A stretch of 64,000 nucleotides of DNA, from the NCBI GenBank assembly GCA_965233585.1, contig CBDDTI010000746.1:704001-768000 (forward strand), read 5' to 3'. The translations under genes and the position numbers were made by a program. This DNA comes from a bacterium (GTDB lineage: Bacteria; SAR324; NAC60-12). Below, piece by piece: positions 28,729-38,163 of this stretch. Within the stretch, counting starts at the first letter, position 1. Each line of letters begins with the position of its first letter. The notes below the pieces were generated by a model. It saw only the letters and a program-made list of their open reading frames with translations, was not told where the DNA came from and did not search any database.

Positions 28729-29643
28729 GTGATGCAAGATAAATATCTTAGATATATTTTTTTATTGCCGGGTATTTCTGTTGTGTTTTTGGTCACAATT
28801 TGGCCAATCAGTGAAGCGTTTCAAATCAGTTTCATGGAATGGAAGCTGAGCCGTTCCAATGAACCTGTCCCTTTGTGGAGCTTGGAAGATGATGGCTTTG
28901 CAGAAATCACATACTTATTTGATAACTTCATCAACTCTGTTGAAGACTCTCTAGCCTTAAACTCTATCCAAGTGACTGCTGTGTTCACTTTCTTTTCTGT
29001 GCTGTTCACCATTGTTTTTTCAATGGGATTGGCATTGATTTTATTTAAAGGAGGTTGGTTTAGAAGTTTCACACGGTCTATTCTGTTACTTCCTTTTGCC
29101 ATGAGTCCAGCATTAGTTGGGGTGTCTTGGCGGTTCATGTTTAATGCAGATTTTGGAATCTTTCATGCGTTTTTAGGTTTGTTCAGTTCAGACCTTGCAA
29201 CAGTAGATTGGCTTGGGCATGAAACCTTAGCCATGGTGGTTCTTGTCGCTTGTGATGTCTGGCACTGGACACCCTACATGACGTTGCTTTTAATCGGTGC
29301 GCTGACCTCTGTCCCAAAAGAAGTTTTAGAAGCATCGTTTATTGATGGAGCGGGAAGTGTGAGAACTTTTTTTGACGTTACTTTGCCAATCATTTTGCCT
29401 TCACTGGGGGTGGCAGTCATTTTAAAAACCATCTTTTCTCTGAAAATGTTTGACCAAGTCTATATGCTTACGGACGGAGGACCAAGCCATGCGACACAGA
29501 CTCTAGCTCATTATATCTATGTACAAGGATTTAAGTATTACGACATGGGCTATGCGTCTGCTCTTTCTTATTGGTTAATTATTCCCCTTTTGTTTTTGGC
29601 ATTTGCGTACATTAAAATCCTTTTTCCAAAAAAAGAATCTTGA
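28729..29643 (+). CDS. carbohydrate ABC transporter permease
   Basis: WHWTPY, EASFIDGA, TDGGP. Confidence 0.93.
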   Translation: MMQDKYLRYIFLLPGISVVFLVTIWPISEAFQISFMEWKLSRSNEPVPLWSLEDDGFAEITYLFDNFINSVEDSLALNSIQVTAVFTFFSVLFTIVFSMGLALILFKGGWFRSFTRSILLLPFAMSPALVGVSWRFMFNADFGIFHAFLGLFSSDLATVDWLGHETLAMVVLVACDVWHWTPYMTLLLIGALTSVPKEVLEASFIDGAGSVRTFFDVTLPIILPSLGVAVILKTIFSLKMFDQVYMLTDGGPSHATQTLAHYIYVQGFKYYDMGYASALSYWLIIPLLFLAFAYIKILFPKKES

Positions 29644-30458
29644 GTAAGAAGCAAGCACTAGAAATTTTTGAAAAGAGCATCATTGTCATTGTAACGGTCA
29701 TCATTTTAAGCCCAATCTTTTGGATTGTTTCAGGTGCATTTAAAGATCAAGTGGATTTATTTGCCATTAAAGTTTTTTTTACTCCAACACTGGACAACTT
29801 CAAAACTATTTTTGAAGACCCGTATGAGATTCAAAATAAACTGTCTAACTCTGTTACTGTTTCTGTCTTAACTGTTCTCCTGACAATTCCATTAGCTACT
29901 TTATCAGCTTATAGTTTTTCACGATTCAAGTTATTTGCAGGTCAGCCTCTTTTTCTTTTAGTCTTAGCGACTCAATTTGTACCAGCAGTTGCGATTGTCT
30001 TGCCCTTCTTTGTTTTGTTTAGAGACTTACAGCTTCTTGACACCAAAATTGCCCTCATTGTCATCAATTTTACTTTAACCATGCCATTTGCAATCTGGAT
30101 GCTGAAAAGTTTCATTGATGCCATTCCATTAGAAACAGAAGAAGCTGCTATGATTGATGGTTCTACACGTTTTCAAGTTGTCAAAAATATTGTGCTACCA
30201 ATGGCTTTGCCCGGTATCATTACTACATCTATTTTCTGCTTTATTTTAAGTTGGAATGAATTTTTGTTTGCTTTGATTCTTACTTCCAGAGACACGGTCA
30301 CCTTGCCTGTTGGTTTGGCTTTATTTAAAGGAGAACAAGGAACATTATGGCATCTTGTCAGTGCTGCAGGTATTTTGATTATGATCCCAATGTTCATTCT
30401 AGCTGTCATCATTCAAAAGCATCTTGTCAGAGGGGTCAGTGCAGGAGCCATTAAATAA
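29640..30458 (+). CDS. carbohydrate ABC transporter permease
   Basis: AYSFSRF, EEAAMIDG, WNEFLFA. Confidence 0.93.
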   Translation: MSKKQALEIFEKSIIVIVTVIILSPIFWIVSGAFKDQVDLFAIKVFFTPTLDNFKTIFEDPYEIQNKLSNSVTVSVLTVLLTIPLATLSAYSFSRFKLFAGQPLFLLVLATQFVPAVAIVLPFFVLFRDLQLLDTKIALIVINFTLTMPFAIWMLKSFIDAIPLETEEAAMIDGSTRFQVVKNIVLPMALPGIITTSIFCFILSWNEFLFALILTSRDTVTLPVGLALFKGEQGTLWHLVSAAGILIMIPMFILAVIIQKHLVRGVSAGAIK

Positions 30459-30543
30459 TTGAAACTTGTGATGCCTCCAAATCACTTATGTTGAAAACAA
30501 TTTGACTCTAATCCATTAAAAATAGCTCGTTCAAATCAAGATT

Positions 30544-31608
30544 ATGGCGAAAGTAGTTCTCAAAAACCTTGTGAAACGTTGGACGAATTTCACAGCAGTT
30601 GACTCTATCTCACTAGAAATTGAAGACAGTGAGTTTTTTGTCTTTTTAGGTCCATCAGGTTGTGGCAAAACAACGACGATGCGAATGATTGCGGGATTGG
30701 AAGACATCACCTCTGGAGAAATTTACATCGGTGATAGACTCGTCAATCAGCTGCTTCCTAAAGACAGAGATATTGCAATGGTGTTTCAAAATTATGGGCT
30801 TTATCCTCATATGAACATCAGAAATAACATTGCTTATCCTCTCAAAATCAGGAAAATTCCTAAAGATCAGCATGATGCACTCATTCAAAAAGCAGCATCA
30901 AAAGTCAAGATGGAGCATCTTCTGCACAAAAAACCGCAAGAACTTTCAGGAGGACAGAGACAACGTGTCGCATTAGCAAGAGCCATTGTCAGAGAACCAA
31001 ACTGCTTTTTGATGGACGAACCTCTGTCTAATTTAGATGCAAAACTTCGTGCCTCTACGCGTGTAGAAATTAAAAGATTACAAAGGGAGCTTCAAGTAAC
31101 AACCATTTATGTGACACATGATCAAGTAGAAGCAATGACGATGGCAGACCGTGTTGCTGTGATGAAAGATGGCAAAATTGCACAGCTTGGTCAGCCCCAA
31201 GACATTTATAACGCACCTTCTAACATCTTTGTTGCAGGATTCATTGGCTCACCACCTATGAACATTGTCAAAGGCAATGTCGGTGCTGCAGGCATCTTTG
31301 AGTCAGAAGGCATCACGATTGCTGGAGCAACTCAATACTGCAATCGTGAATTGTATATCGGCTTTAGAGCTGAAGATGTAGATGTCAGTCGTGTGTTGAC
31401 TCAGCCGCAAATCTGCTCAAACATCTACAACGTAGAACTGCTTGGAGATTGCAAAATGATTGAATTAAAAATCAATGAAAGCATGATCACTATTAAAACA
31501 TCTAAAGACTTTGAGGCATCAATAGGAGACGCCTTTCAGGCAGGTCTAAAAATAGAACACTGTCATTTTTTTGATGTCAAAACTGGTGAACGTCTCTCTC
31601 AAATCTAA
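30544..31608 (+). CDS. MalK-type ABC ATP-binding protein
   Basis: [30 protein letters not shown]. Confidence 0.95.
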   Translation: MAKVVLKNLVKRWTNFTAVDSISLEIEDSEFFVFLGPSGCGKTTTMRMIAGLEDITSGEIYIGDRLVNQLLPKDRDIAMVFQNYGLYPHMNIRNNIAYPLKIRKIPKDQHDALIQKAASKVKMEHLLHKKPQELSGGQRQRVALARAIVREPNCFLMDEPLSNLDAKLRASTRVEIKRLQRELQVTTIYVTHDQVEAMTMADRVAVMKDGKIAQLGQPQDIYNAPSNIFVAGFIGSPPMNIVKGNVGAAGIFESEGITIAGATQYCNRELYIGFRAEDVDVSRVLTQPQICSNIYNVELLGDCKMIELKINESMITIKTSKDFEASIGDAFQAGLKIEHCHFFDVKTGERLSQI

Positions 31609-31615
31609 AATCTGT

Positions 31616-32767
31616 ATGACTCAAAAAATAGCTCGCCCTCTCACCAGATCACACATGCCTAATCACTATGCCATTTCTTTGGATCAATATATTGGCAGAC
31701 AAGGGATAGGAGGAGGTTATCAAGACGGAGAACCTCGCATTCCTCAAGACTTTGGGCTCAAACAATCCATGAAAGGTTTTGAAGAAACTTATCAAAATAT
31801 CATTGACTACATCGTCAGAATTACCTACACCATCTGGGAAGATCGTCATGTGGAATACATTGGTCAAACTTATAGCCACGATTCACAAGTTTTTGATGAC
31901 TATGGCTTACAGATTGGAAGTCAAAAGATCATTTCAGACACCTACCATACGACGAAGGCATTTACAAACATTCAATTACTTGCTGATGAGGTCATTTGGG
32001 CAGGAGATGATGAAATTGGCTACCGTTCCTCGCACCGCACCTTGATTCGTGGAAAAAATGATGGGCATAGCAAATACGGGAAAGCCACTTACAACAATAT
32101 TGATGTTTTGGTCATTGCAAATTGTGTCAGTTTGGGAAATGAGATTTTTTTGGAACATGTTCTGTATAACAATTCTGCCATGCTGAGACAATTAGGATTT
32201 GACTTGAATGAAAAGGTGCAAGATTTAGTCAATCACGCTCCTGCAGGTTTTCCTCGCAGTGACCAAACTTGGCAACTTCTAAAAACGTCTAATCAACAGA
32301 ATCCACCACTGTACATCAGTGAACCTATTGAAGGTTTTGATATAGACCGCTTTTGCCGTGAAACGATTCAATCGCTCTGGAACGACAGGACGTATGACGT
32401 TTTAGAAGCCAATTATAGCAAGCAGTTCATCTTTCAAGGAGCAACAGATAGAACAGGTCACGGCACTAAAAATTATCAAAAAATGTTAGATGAACTTTTG
32501 TCACCTTTTGCAGATTTGTCCTTGCAAGTTGATGAGGTTTATTGGATGGGAAACTCTCAAGAGGGATACCTTGTTAGTATCCGTTGGAGTGTAGAATGTT
32601 CACATCATCAGAATGGAATTTATGGGAGTCCAACCCATGTTCCTTTGCAAATGTGGGGAATCACTCAACAAAAAATCGTTCATCAGAAAATTGTTCAAGA
32701 ATGGATGCTTTGGAATGAACTTGATGTGATGATGCAAATTCAACACGCTAGAAATTTTAAAACATAA
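31616..32767 (+). CDS. SnoaL/ester-cyclase-like (NTF2-fold) two-domain protein, function unknown
   Basis: two halves each of the form IWE/LWN-R...Y...P/T-D/N-L...DEV.W.G; C-terminal MWGIT...IVQEWMLWNE; start uncertain (31616 or 31655). Confidence 0.65.
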   Translation: MTQKIARPLTRSHMPNHYAISLDQYIGRQGIGGGYQDGEPRIPQDFGLKQSMKGFEETYQNIIDYIVRITYTIWEDRHVEYIGQTYSHDSQVFDDYGLQIGSQKIISDTYHTTKAFTNIQLLADEVIWAGDDEIGYRSSHRTLIRGKNDGHSKYGKATYNNIDVLVIANCVSLGNEIFLEHVLYNNSAMLRQLGFDLNEKVQDLVNHAPAGFPRSDQTWQLLKTSNQQNPPLYISEPIEGFDIDRFCRETIQSLWNDRTYDVLEANYSKQFIFQGATDRTGHGTKNYQKMLDELLSPFADLSLQVDEVYWMGNSQEGYLVSIRWSVECSHHQNGIYGSPTHVPLQMWGITQQKIVHQKIVQEWMLWNELDVMMQIQHARNFKT

Positions 32768-32811
32768 AAATATCAAAAAAACATCAAATGACAAAGTATT
32801 TATAATATTTT

Positions 32812-34296
32812 ATGGACACGTTTAAAAAAGACATCGTCATCGGTCTTGACAGTTCCACGCAATCCACAAAAGCGATTGCATGGACTCGTGAAGGAGAAAA
32901 CCTTGCAGAAGGGAGGGCTGACATTCCCATGCAAACGCCCCAAGCAGGTTATGTTGAGCAATCTATACATGACTGCTGGAGTGCAACAGTCTCGGCTTTG
33001 AAGCAAGTCACAGAACAAATTGACGCCACACGTGTTGCAGGTGTTGCCATTTCTAATCAACGGGAAACTGCTGTTTTTATAGATGATGAGGGCAATGAAA
33101 CGCACCCTATGATTGTTTGGCTAGATGAACGTGCCAAATCAGAAATCAAACTTGTTGTTGAAGGACTTGAGCAAGACTTCATTCATCACACAACGGGTAA
33201 GCCTGTGGATTTGACCCCTGTGCTTTACCGCCTCCATTGGCTACGCCGTCATCAACCTCAAATCTTACAGCAAACCTCAAAAATCCTTGATGTTCACGGC
33301 TATTTGACTTACCGCTTGACTGGAAAAGCAGTAGCCAGCTGGACAAGTGCAGACCCTTTTGGCATCTATGATTTGCATCAACAATGCTGGTCTGCAGCCA
33401 TTTTAGATTTTTTGCAACTCTCTCCTCACAAATTTGGCACGTTGCAAAAACCCGGCAGTTTAGTCGGCAACGTGACGCAAAAAACCTGTCAACAAACAGG
33501 TCTTGCAGAAGACACGAAAGTTTTTGCCGCAGGAGGTGATGGACATTGTGCAGGGCTTGGAGCTAATGCCATTACAGAAGGAAACATCTATCTGAATCTT
33601 GGGACTGCTTTGATCACTGGGGCGTGGGCAAAAGAGGCATTGATGAGTCCATTTTGGAGGACTCTCAACTCTCCTACTGGTGAAGGCTATTTTTTGGAAG
33701 GTGTGCAACGAACAGGAACATTCTTTGTGAACTGGTTTTTTGAAACATTCTTGTCAGGACATCAACAAGAGGCAAAGATTTTTCAAGATTTAGAATCAGG
33801 AGCAAGCCAGATTCCTATTGGCTCACAAGGCTTACTAGTTTGCCCCTATTTGTCAGGTTGCATGGATCCGCATTGGGATTCAGAAGCAAGAGCTACCTTT
33901 ACAGGTATTTCTCCCCAACATGGTTTATATCACTTTTACCGAGCCATTTTAGAGGCTCAAACTCTGGAAAGTGTTCGCTGTCTTCAAGCAATGCAAAAGC
34001 ATCAAGTTCAAGCCAAAAGACTGCTTGCCGTGGGTGGAGGTGGAAATAATCATCTCTGGTGTCAAATGTTTGCAGACGCAACGGGGCTTCCTTTGGTTAA
34101 AAGCAAATCCCTTGAAGCCTCTGCTTTAGGTGCTGGAATGACTGCCGCTTTGGGTGCAGGCTGGGCGTCTTCCTTCCAAGATATTTCAAAAATGATGAGT
34201 TCAGAAGGTGAAACAATCCCTCCTAATTCTCATACAAAAGACCAATGGGAGACGTTGTTAAGCAAACAAGGTCAGGTTTACTTGCAAAATAAATAA
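32812..34296 (+). CDS. FGGY-family pentulose/xylulose-type kinase
   Basis: IGLDSSTQSTK, ISNQRET, WLDER, GGGDG, VGGG. Confidence 0.92.
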   Translation: MDTFKKDIVIGLDSSTQSTKAIAWTREGENLAEGRADIPMQTPQAGYVEQSIHDCWSATVSALKQVTEQIDATRVAGVAISNQRETAVFIDDEGNETHPMIVWLDERAKSEIKLVVEGLEQDFIHHTTGKPVDLTPVLYRLHWLRRHQPQILQQTSKILDVHGYLTYRLTGKAVASWTSADPFGIYDLHQQCWSAAILDFLQLSPHKFGTLQKPGSLVGNVTQKTCQQTGLAEDTKVFAAGGDGHCAGLGANAITEGNIYLNLGTALITGAWAKEALMSPFWRTLNSPTGEGYFLEGVQRTGTFFVNWFFETFLSGHQQEAKIFQDLESGASQIPIGSQGLLVCPYLSGCMDPHWDSEARATFTGISPQHGLYHFYRAILEAQTLESVRCLQAMQKHQVQAKRLLAVGGGGNNHLWCQMFADATGLPLVKSKSLEASALGAGMTAALGAGWASSFQDISKMMSSEGETIPPNSHTKDQWETLLSKQGQVYLQNK

Positions 34297-34404
34297 ACGT
34301 CGCTCATCTTTTTCTATAAAAAGACGATTGGATTTTCTGGTTAAACTTTTTGTTTTTTCGGGAAGTCAGTTTGGGTCAAAGTGTTCTATTGACTAAAAGT
34401 TTTT

Positions 34405-35349
34405 TTGAAAATGCCACAAATTCTTGTTTCTGGAGAAGCATTGATTGATTTGACCGCTTCTTCTCATCAAAACAATGCTTATGTTCCTGTTCCTGGAGGG
34501 TCTCCCTTCAATGTGGCAACGGGGCTAGGCAATCTCAATATTCCAGTTCATTTTTTGGGGTCAATTTCAAATGATTTTCATGGTCAGTTGCAAAGGCAAT
34601 GTTTGGAACAAGCAAAGGTATCCCTTCGTTTTGTGCAAGATTGCAACCGACCTTCTGCCCTAGCTTTTGCAATCATGCCTCTTGATGGAAGTCAAGAAGT
34701 AGATTACCAGTTTTATTTAGAAGGGACTTCAGAAAGTCTTTTGGACAGCCAAGCGATTCCCAAAAAATTTCCTGAATCTATTCAAATTTTACATTTTGGT
34801 TCGTTCTCTGCCTATCGTGAACCTCAAAGTCTCATTTTTGAGCAAATTCGTCTTCAACATGCTGAACGCTTGATTTCCTTTGACCCTAATATCAGATCTG
34901 CCATGCTTCCCAATCATTTACAAACGGTTGAGCAAACTGAAAAAATTCTGAGGCAAAGTGATCTTGTCAAAGTCAGTCTTTCTGATTTGGAGTGGCTTTA
35001 TCCAAAGTCTGATGCTGGTCAAATTGCTCGTTTGTGGCAGGAGAGTTTTGGGGTTCAATTACTGGTTATCACAAAAGGAGAGCAAGGAGCTTGTGCCTTT
35101 TACAAGAATCAAGTCATTCATGTCCCAGCAGAACCTTTGCAAAATGTGGTGGACACGATTGGTGCAGGAGACAGCTTTATGTCAGCATTTTTGGCGTCTT
35201 TGGTTCGTCATCAAATCACTGACAAAAATGTGCTAAAGCAGTTAAATTTGGAACAAATCCAAAAGATGTTGGAATATGCTCAAAAGGCGGCTCGTTGGAC
35301 TTGTCAACAGCAAGGGGCATTGATGCCCTCTGCTTTTCACTTGCTTTAA
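34405..35349 (+). CDS. PfkB-family carbohydrate kinase (fructokinase-like)
   Basis: GEALID, GGSPFNVA, FDPNIR, VDTIGAGDSF. Confidence 0.92.
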   Translation: MKMPQILVSGEALIDLTASSHQNNAYVPVPGGSPFNVATGLGNLNIPVHFLGSISNDFHGQLQRQCLEQAKVSLRFVQDCNRPSALAFAIMPLDGSQEVDYQFYLEGTSESLLDSQAIPKKFPESIQILHFGSFSAYREPQSLIFEQIRLQHAERLISFDPNIRSAMLPNHLQTVEQTEKILRQSDLVKVSLSDLEWLYPKSDAGQIARLWQESFGVQLLVITKGEQGACAFYKNQVIHVPAEPLQNVVDTIGAGDSFMSAFLASLVRHQITDKNVLKQLNLEQIQKMLEYAQKAARWTCQQQGALMPSAFHLL

Positions 35350-35739
35350 CCAGCTTTCCAAACTTGTTTATCAAAAAACACTTGACAAAAAATCTTGAGT
35401 CCTTTAACTTGTCAAAGTTTATCATTTTGTCATTTAAAAAAATGATTAGTCATGTGATGAAGTATCGGCAGCTACACGGGAATTTAAGCCTACAAGAATT
35501 TTTGACAGCTTTTGATAGAGTGGTCAAAAGAGAACACTCAAAACCTTATTATAGGAATTGGATGACTGATGGCAGGATTTGTAATACAAGCCGCAAGAAT
35601 AGAAAATCAAAAAATCAAAAATAATTCAAAAAATCCCTAATAAAGTAACCCCCAATAAGTAATAAAAACTAAACATTTAAAAAATATAAAAAAAATATAA
35701 CAAACTTTTATAAAACTCTAAACTAATAACTAAAATACT

Positions 35740-36252
35740 ATGAACTTACAAAAAAAAATATTAGAAATGACAACAGCAGGAGTAATAGGTTTAAGCAGTA
35801 TTACAGGTTGTGGAAGTGGAGATTCAAGTTCTCCTGGAAGTAATAAAAATGATGAAAAAGTAGAAGAAAGTACTAAAAATGAACAGGAAAAGTATGGAAA
35901 AGTAGATACTTGGGCAGAAAAAGCTTATGAAAATAATAGAAAAAATGGATCTGTAGGTTATCTTTCACAGAATCTTCAAGGAAAATGGTGTGATGACTCT
36001 GAGTTTGAAGGAGTAAAGATTCCTAACACTCATCATCTTTATTCTTCTTCAAGTTTTAAACTTGAAGAGACTAGAAATCTAAAACTTTTTATTGAAATGG
36101 AAAATATTCTTGATGGAAATCCCATGTATTCTAAGTTTAAAGTAGCAAAAGCAAATACTCTTACGGATGAAAAAGGAGATTATTATTATAAAATTCCAGA
36201 AAGTAAGAAAGAAGAAGATGTAATCTACAAAGTTACTATTAAAGATTGTTAG
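35740..36252 (+). CDS. AT-rich hypothetical lipoprotein-like protein
   Basis: hydrophobic N-terminus ending ITGC (lipobox-like) then Ser/Gly linker; strongly AT-biased codons. Confidence 0.7.
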   Translation: MNLQKKILEMTTAGVIGLSSITGCGSGDSSSPGSNKNDEKVEESTKNEQEKYGKVDTWAEKAYENNRKNGSVGYLSQNLQGKWCDDSEFEGVKIPNTHHLYSSSSFKLEETRNLKLFIEMENILDGNPMYSKFKVAKANTLTDEKGDYYYKIPESKKEEDVIYKVTIKDC

Positions 36253-36322
36253 GTTAATTATTATAATAACAAATTCCCAAAATAATTAAATTTATAAAAG
36301 TAATTTTTCTATAATTAATTAT

Positions 36323-36976
36323 ATGAAAAAATTACTAATACTAATTCTAGTATTCAATTTCTTTTTAAGCACTTCTTATTCATATTGTTTATTTAAAAAA
36401 TATGGGCCATCTTGTCCCAGTGGTTCCCCAGATTCAGCTCAAACAATATATTCGTCTCCATACAGACATTTAGGATTTATTCAAGGAACTTATACAGATT
36501 TATTAGTAGGATTTAATAAATATGATAGAATCTCAACTTGTACTCCGGGGGGGGAAGTAAAACCAGAAGGATTATATATTTGTAAAAATAATATAGCAGG
36601 TGGAGAAGAACATGACCAAGTATTTGAAATTTTTTTTGTTAAAAGCACAGGAAAAAAAGATCAAAAAGATGCTAAATTATACAATAATGAATTCTCACAT
36701 AAAATAGATATAAACTTACAGCACTTAGAAGAAAACAAAGGATTTTTAGAAGAAATAGAAGAAAAGGCAGAATTAAGAAGTAGAAATTTTAATAAAGATG
36801 AACATAGTTATCGAAAGGGTGGAGGAATAAGAAAGAATAAATATCGGGGTAATAATTTTTATAGGGTTTCTTATTATGAACTAAATATAAATTCAAATTT
36901 TATTATAGATAAACAATATATAACGAATCTTAAAATTAATCCTATTCCTTACAAAATAAAAAGCCCATATAGTTAA
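36323..36976 (+). CDS. AT-rich hypothetical exported protein
   Basis: MKKLLILILVF signal peptide; no motif recognised. Confidence 0.65.
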   Translation: MKKLLILILVFNFFLSTSYSYCLFKKYGPSCPSGSPDSAQTIYSSPYRHLGFIQGTYTDLLVGFNKYDRISTCTPGGEVKPEGLYICKNNIAGGEEHDQVFEIFFVKSTGKKDQKDAKLYNNEFSHKIDINLQHLEENKGFLEEIEEKAELRSRNFNKDEHSYRKGGGIRKNKYRGNNFYRVSYYELNINSNFIIDKQYITNLKINPIPYKIKSPYS

Positions 36977-37752
36977 TGTATTGGAATAAACTGAAATTAG
37001 ATGGACAGCTTGCTGTGATTACAGGGGGTGGTCAAGGCATTGGTTATGCTTGTTCTCATGCTTTAGGCGAGGCAGGTGCAAAAGTGGTGATTGCAGAAAT
37101 CAATCAAGAAGGGTTGGCACAAGGAGTTGCCTCTTTAAAGAAATTGGGTCTTGAAGCCGATGGTGTTTTGCTGGACGTTGGTCAATCTGAACAAGTGGAC
37201 GAAGTGGCAGATGTGATTGCAAAGAGGCATGGCATTCCTACGATTCTAGTGAACAATGCAGGAGTTGTCTCAAGCGACATTCCTGCAGAAGAAACGACTG
37301 ACGAACATTGGCGTTTTCACATGCAAGTCAATCTTGATGGTTTGTTTTGGTGCTGCCGTGCTTTTGGTAGGTTGATGTTGAAGAATCAACAAGGTTCTAT
37401 CATCAATATCGGTTCCATGTCTGGTTTGATTGTCAACAAACCGCAGCCGCAAAGTTTCTATAATGCCTCCAAAGCTGGTGTGCATCAGCTGACAAAGTCA
37501 TTAGCAGCAGAATGGACGCCACGCGGGATTAGAGTCAATGCTGTTGCCCCAACCTATATTGATACCCCCCTACTTAAATTTGCAAAAGAAGACAATCCTG
37601 AAATGTACCAAAAATGGATGGAGATGACCCCTCTCGGACGTGCGGGAAAGCCTGAAGAAGTGGCGTCTGTGGTGCATTTTTTGGCAAGTGAAGCATCCAG
37701 TTTAATCACGGGAAGCATCATTAACGTTGATGGAGGCTACACGTGCTGGTAG
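36976..37752 (+). CDS. SDR oxidoreductase (polyol dehydrogenase-like)
   Basis: TGGGQGIG, NNAG, IGSMSG, YNASK, VDGGYT. Confidence 0.92.
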   Translation: MYWNKLKLDGQLAVITGGGQGIGYACSHALGEAGAKVVIAEINQEGLAQGVASLKKLGLEADGVLLDVGQSEQVDEVADVIAKRHGIPTILVNNAGVVSSDIPAEETTDEHWRFHMQVNLDGLFWCCRAFGRLMLKNQQGSIINIGSMSGLIVNKPQPQSFYNASKAGVHQLTKSLAAEWTPRGIRVNAVAPTYIDTPLLKFAKEDNPEMYQKWMEMTPLGRAGKPEEVASVVHFLASEASSLITGSIINVDGGYTCW

Positions 37753-37761
37753 AGTCTCTTG

Positions 37762-37793
37762 CTAAAACTGCCTAACAAGTTTGGGTGTTTTAG
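37762..37793 (+). terminator. hairpin after the SDR gene
   Basis: CTAAAAC...GTTTTAG inverted repeat about 10 bp after the stop. Confidence 0.45.
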
Positions 37794-37930
37794 ATTTCAA
37801 ATTCCCCCCCAAATATTCTCCAACCACATCGTTATCAAAAACGTTATAAATGACTCTGAGATGTTCAGGTTTAAAATCACTGCTAAGAAAGTTTTTGCCA
37901 GTTCCTTGTTGTTTATAAGATTTCCAGTTT

Positions 37931-38121
37931 TGAAAAAAATATCTTGACTTGAAATAAATTAAGGGTAACATGTATTTCGTTGGTTTTGTAGTTGGTCATG
38001 GATTCTGAACAATTCGGTTCATGGGTTGTTCGGGGTGTCCTTTTGTTTTTTAACCTCTTTTGTGAGTTGCCTATGAAGTGTTTTTAAAACTGAATTTGTT
38101 GACACAATCCTTATTAGTTAA
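37931..38121 (+). promoter_or_regulatory. promoter/leader copy B (TTGACT-16-TAACAT, then hairpin plus U-tract)
   Basis: homologous to 27001-27190; first 24 bp TGAAAAAAATATCTTGACTTGAAA identical to the eryD promoter region. Confidence 0.7.
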
Positions 38122-38163
38122 ATTGGAACTAATAAGATTTTTTAAAATTTATTAAATCAAAAA

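Noticed and set aside
35295..35624. 109-aa ORF before the AT-rich islet
   Set aside because: It overlaps the PfkB gene end, has low-complexity composition and no motif; at most a fragment.
37762..37850. Integron attC site (GCCTAAC after a stop codon) explaining the cargo insertions
   Set aside because: The motif is part of a short local hairpin, there is no matching GTTRRRY at a suitable distance, and no integrase or repeated attC pattern appears in the window.
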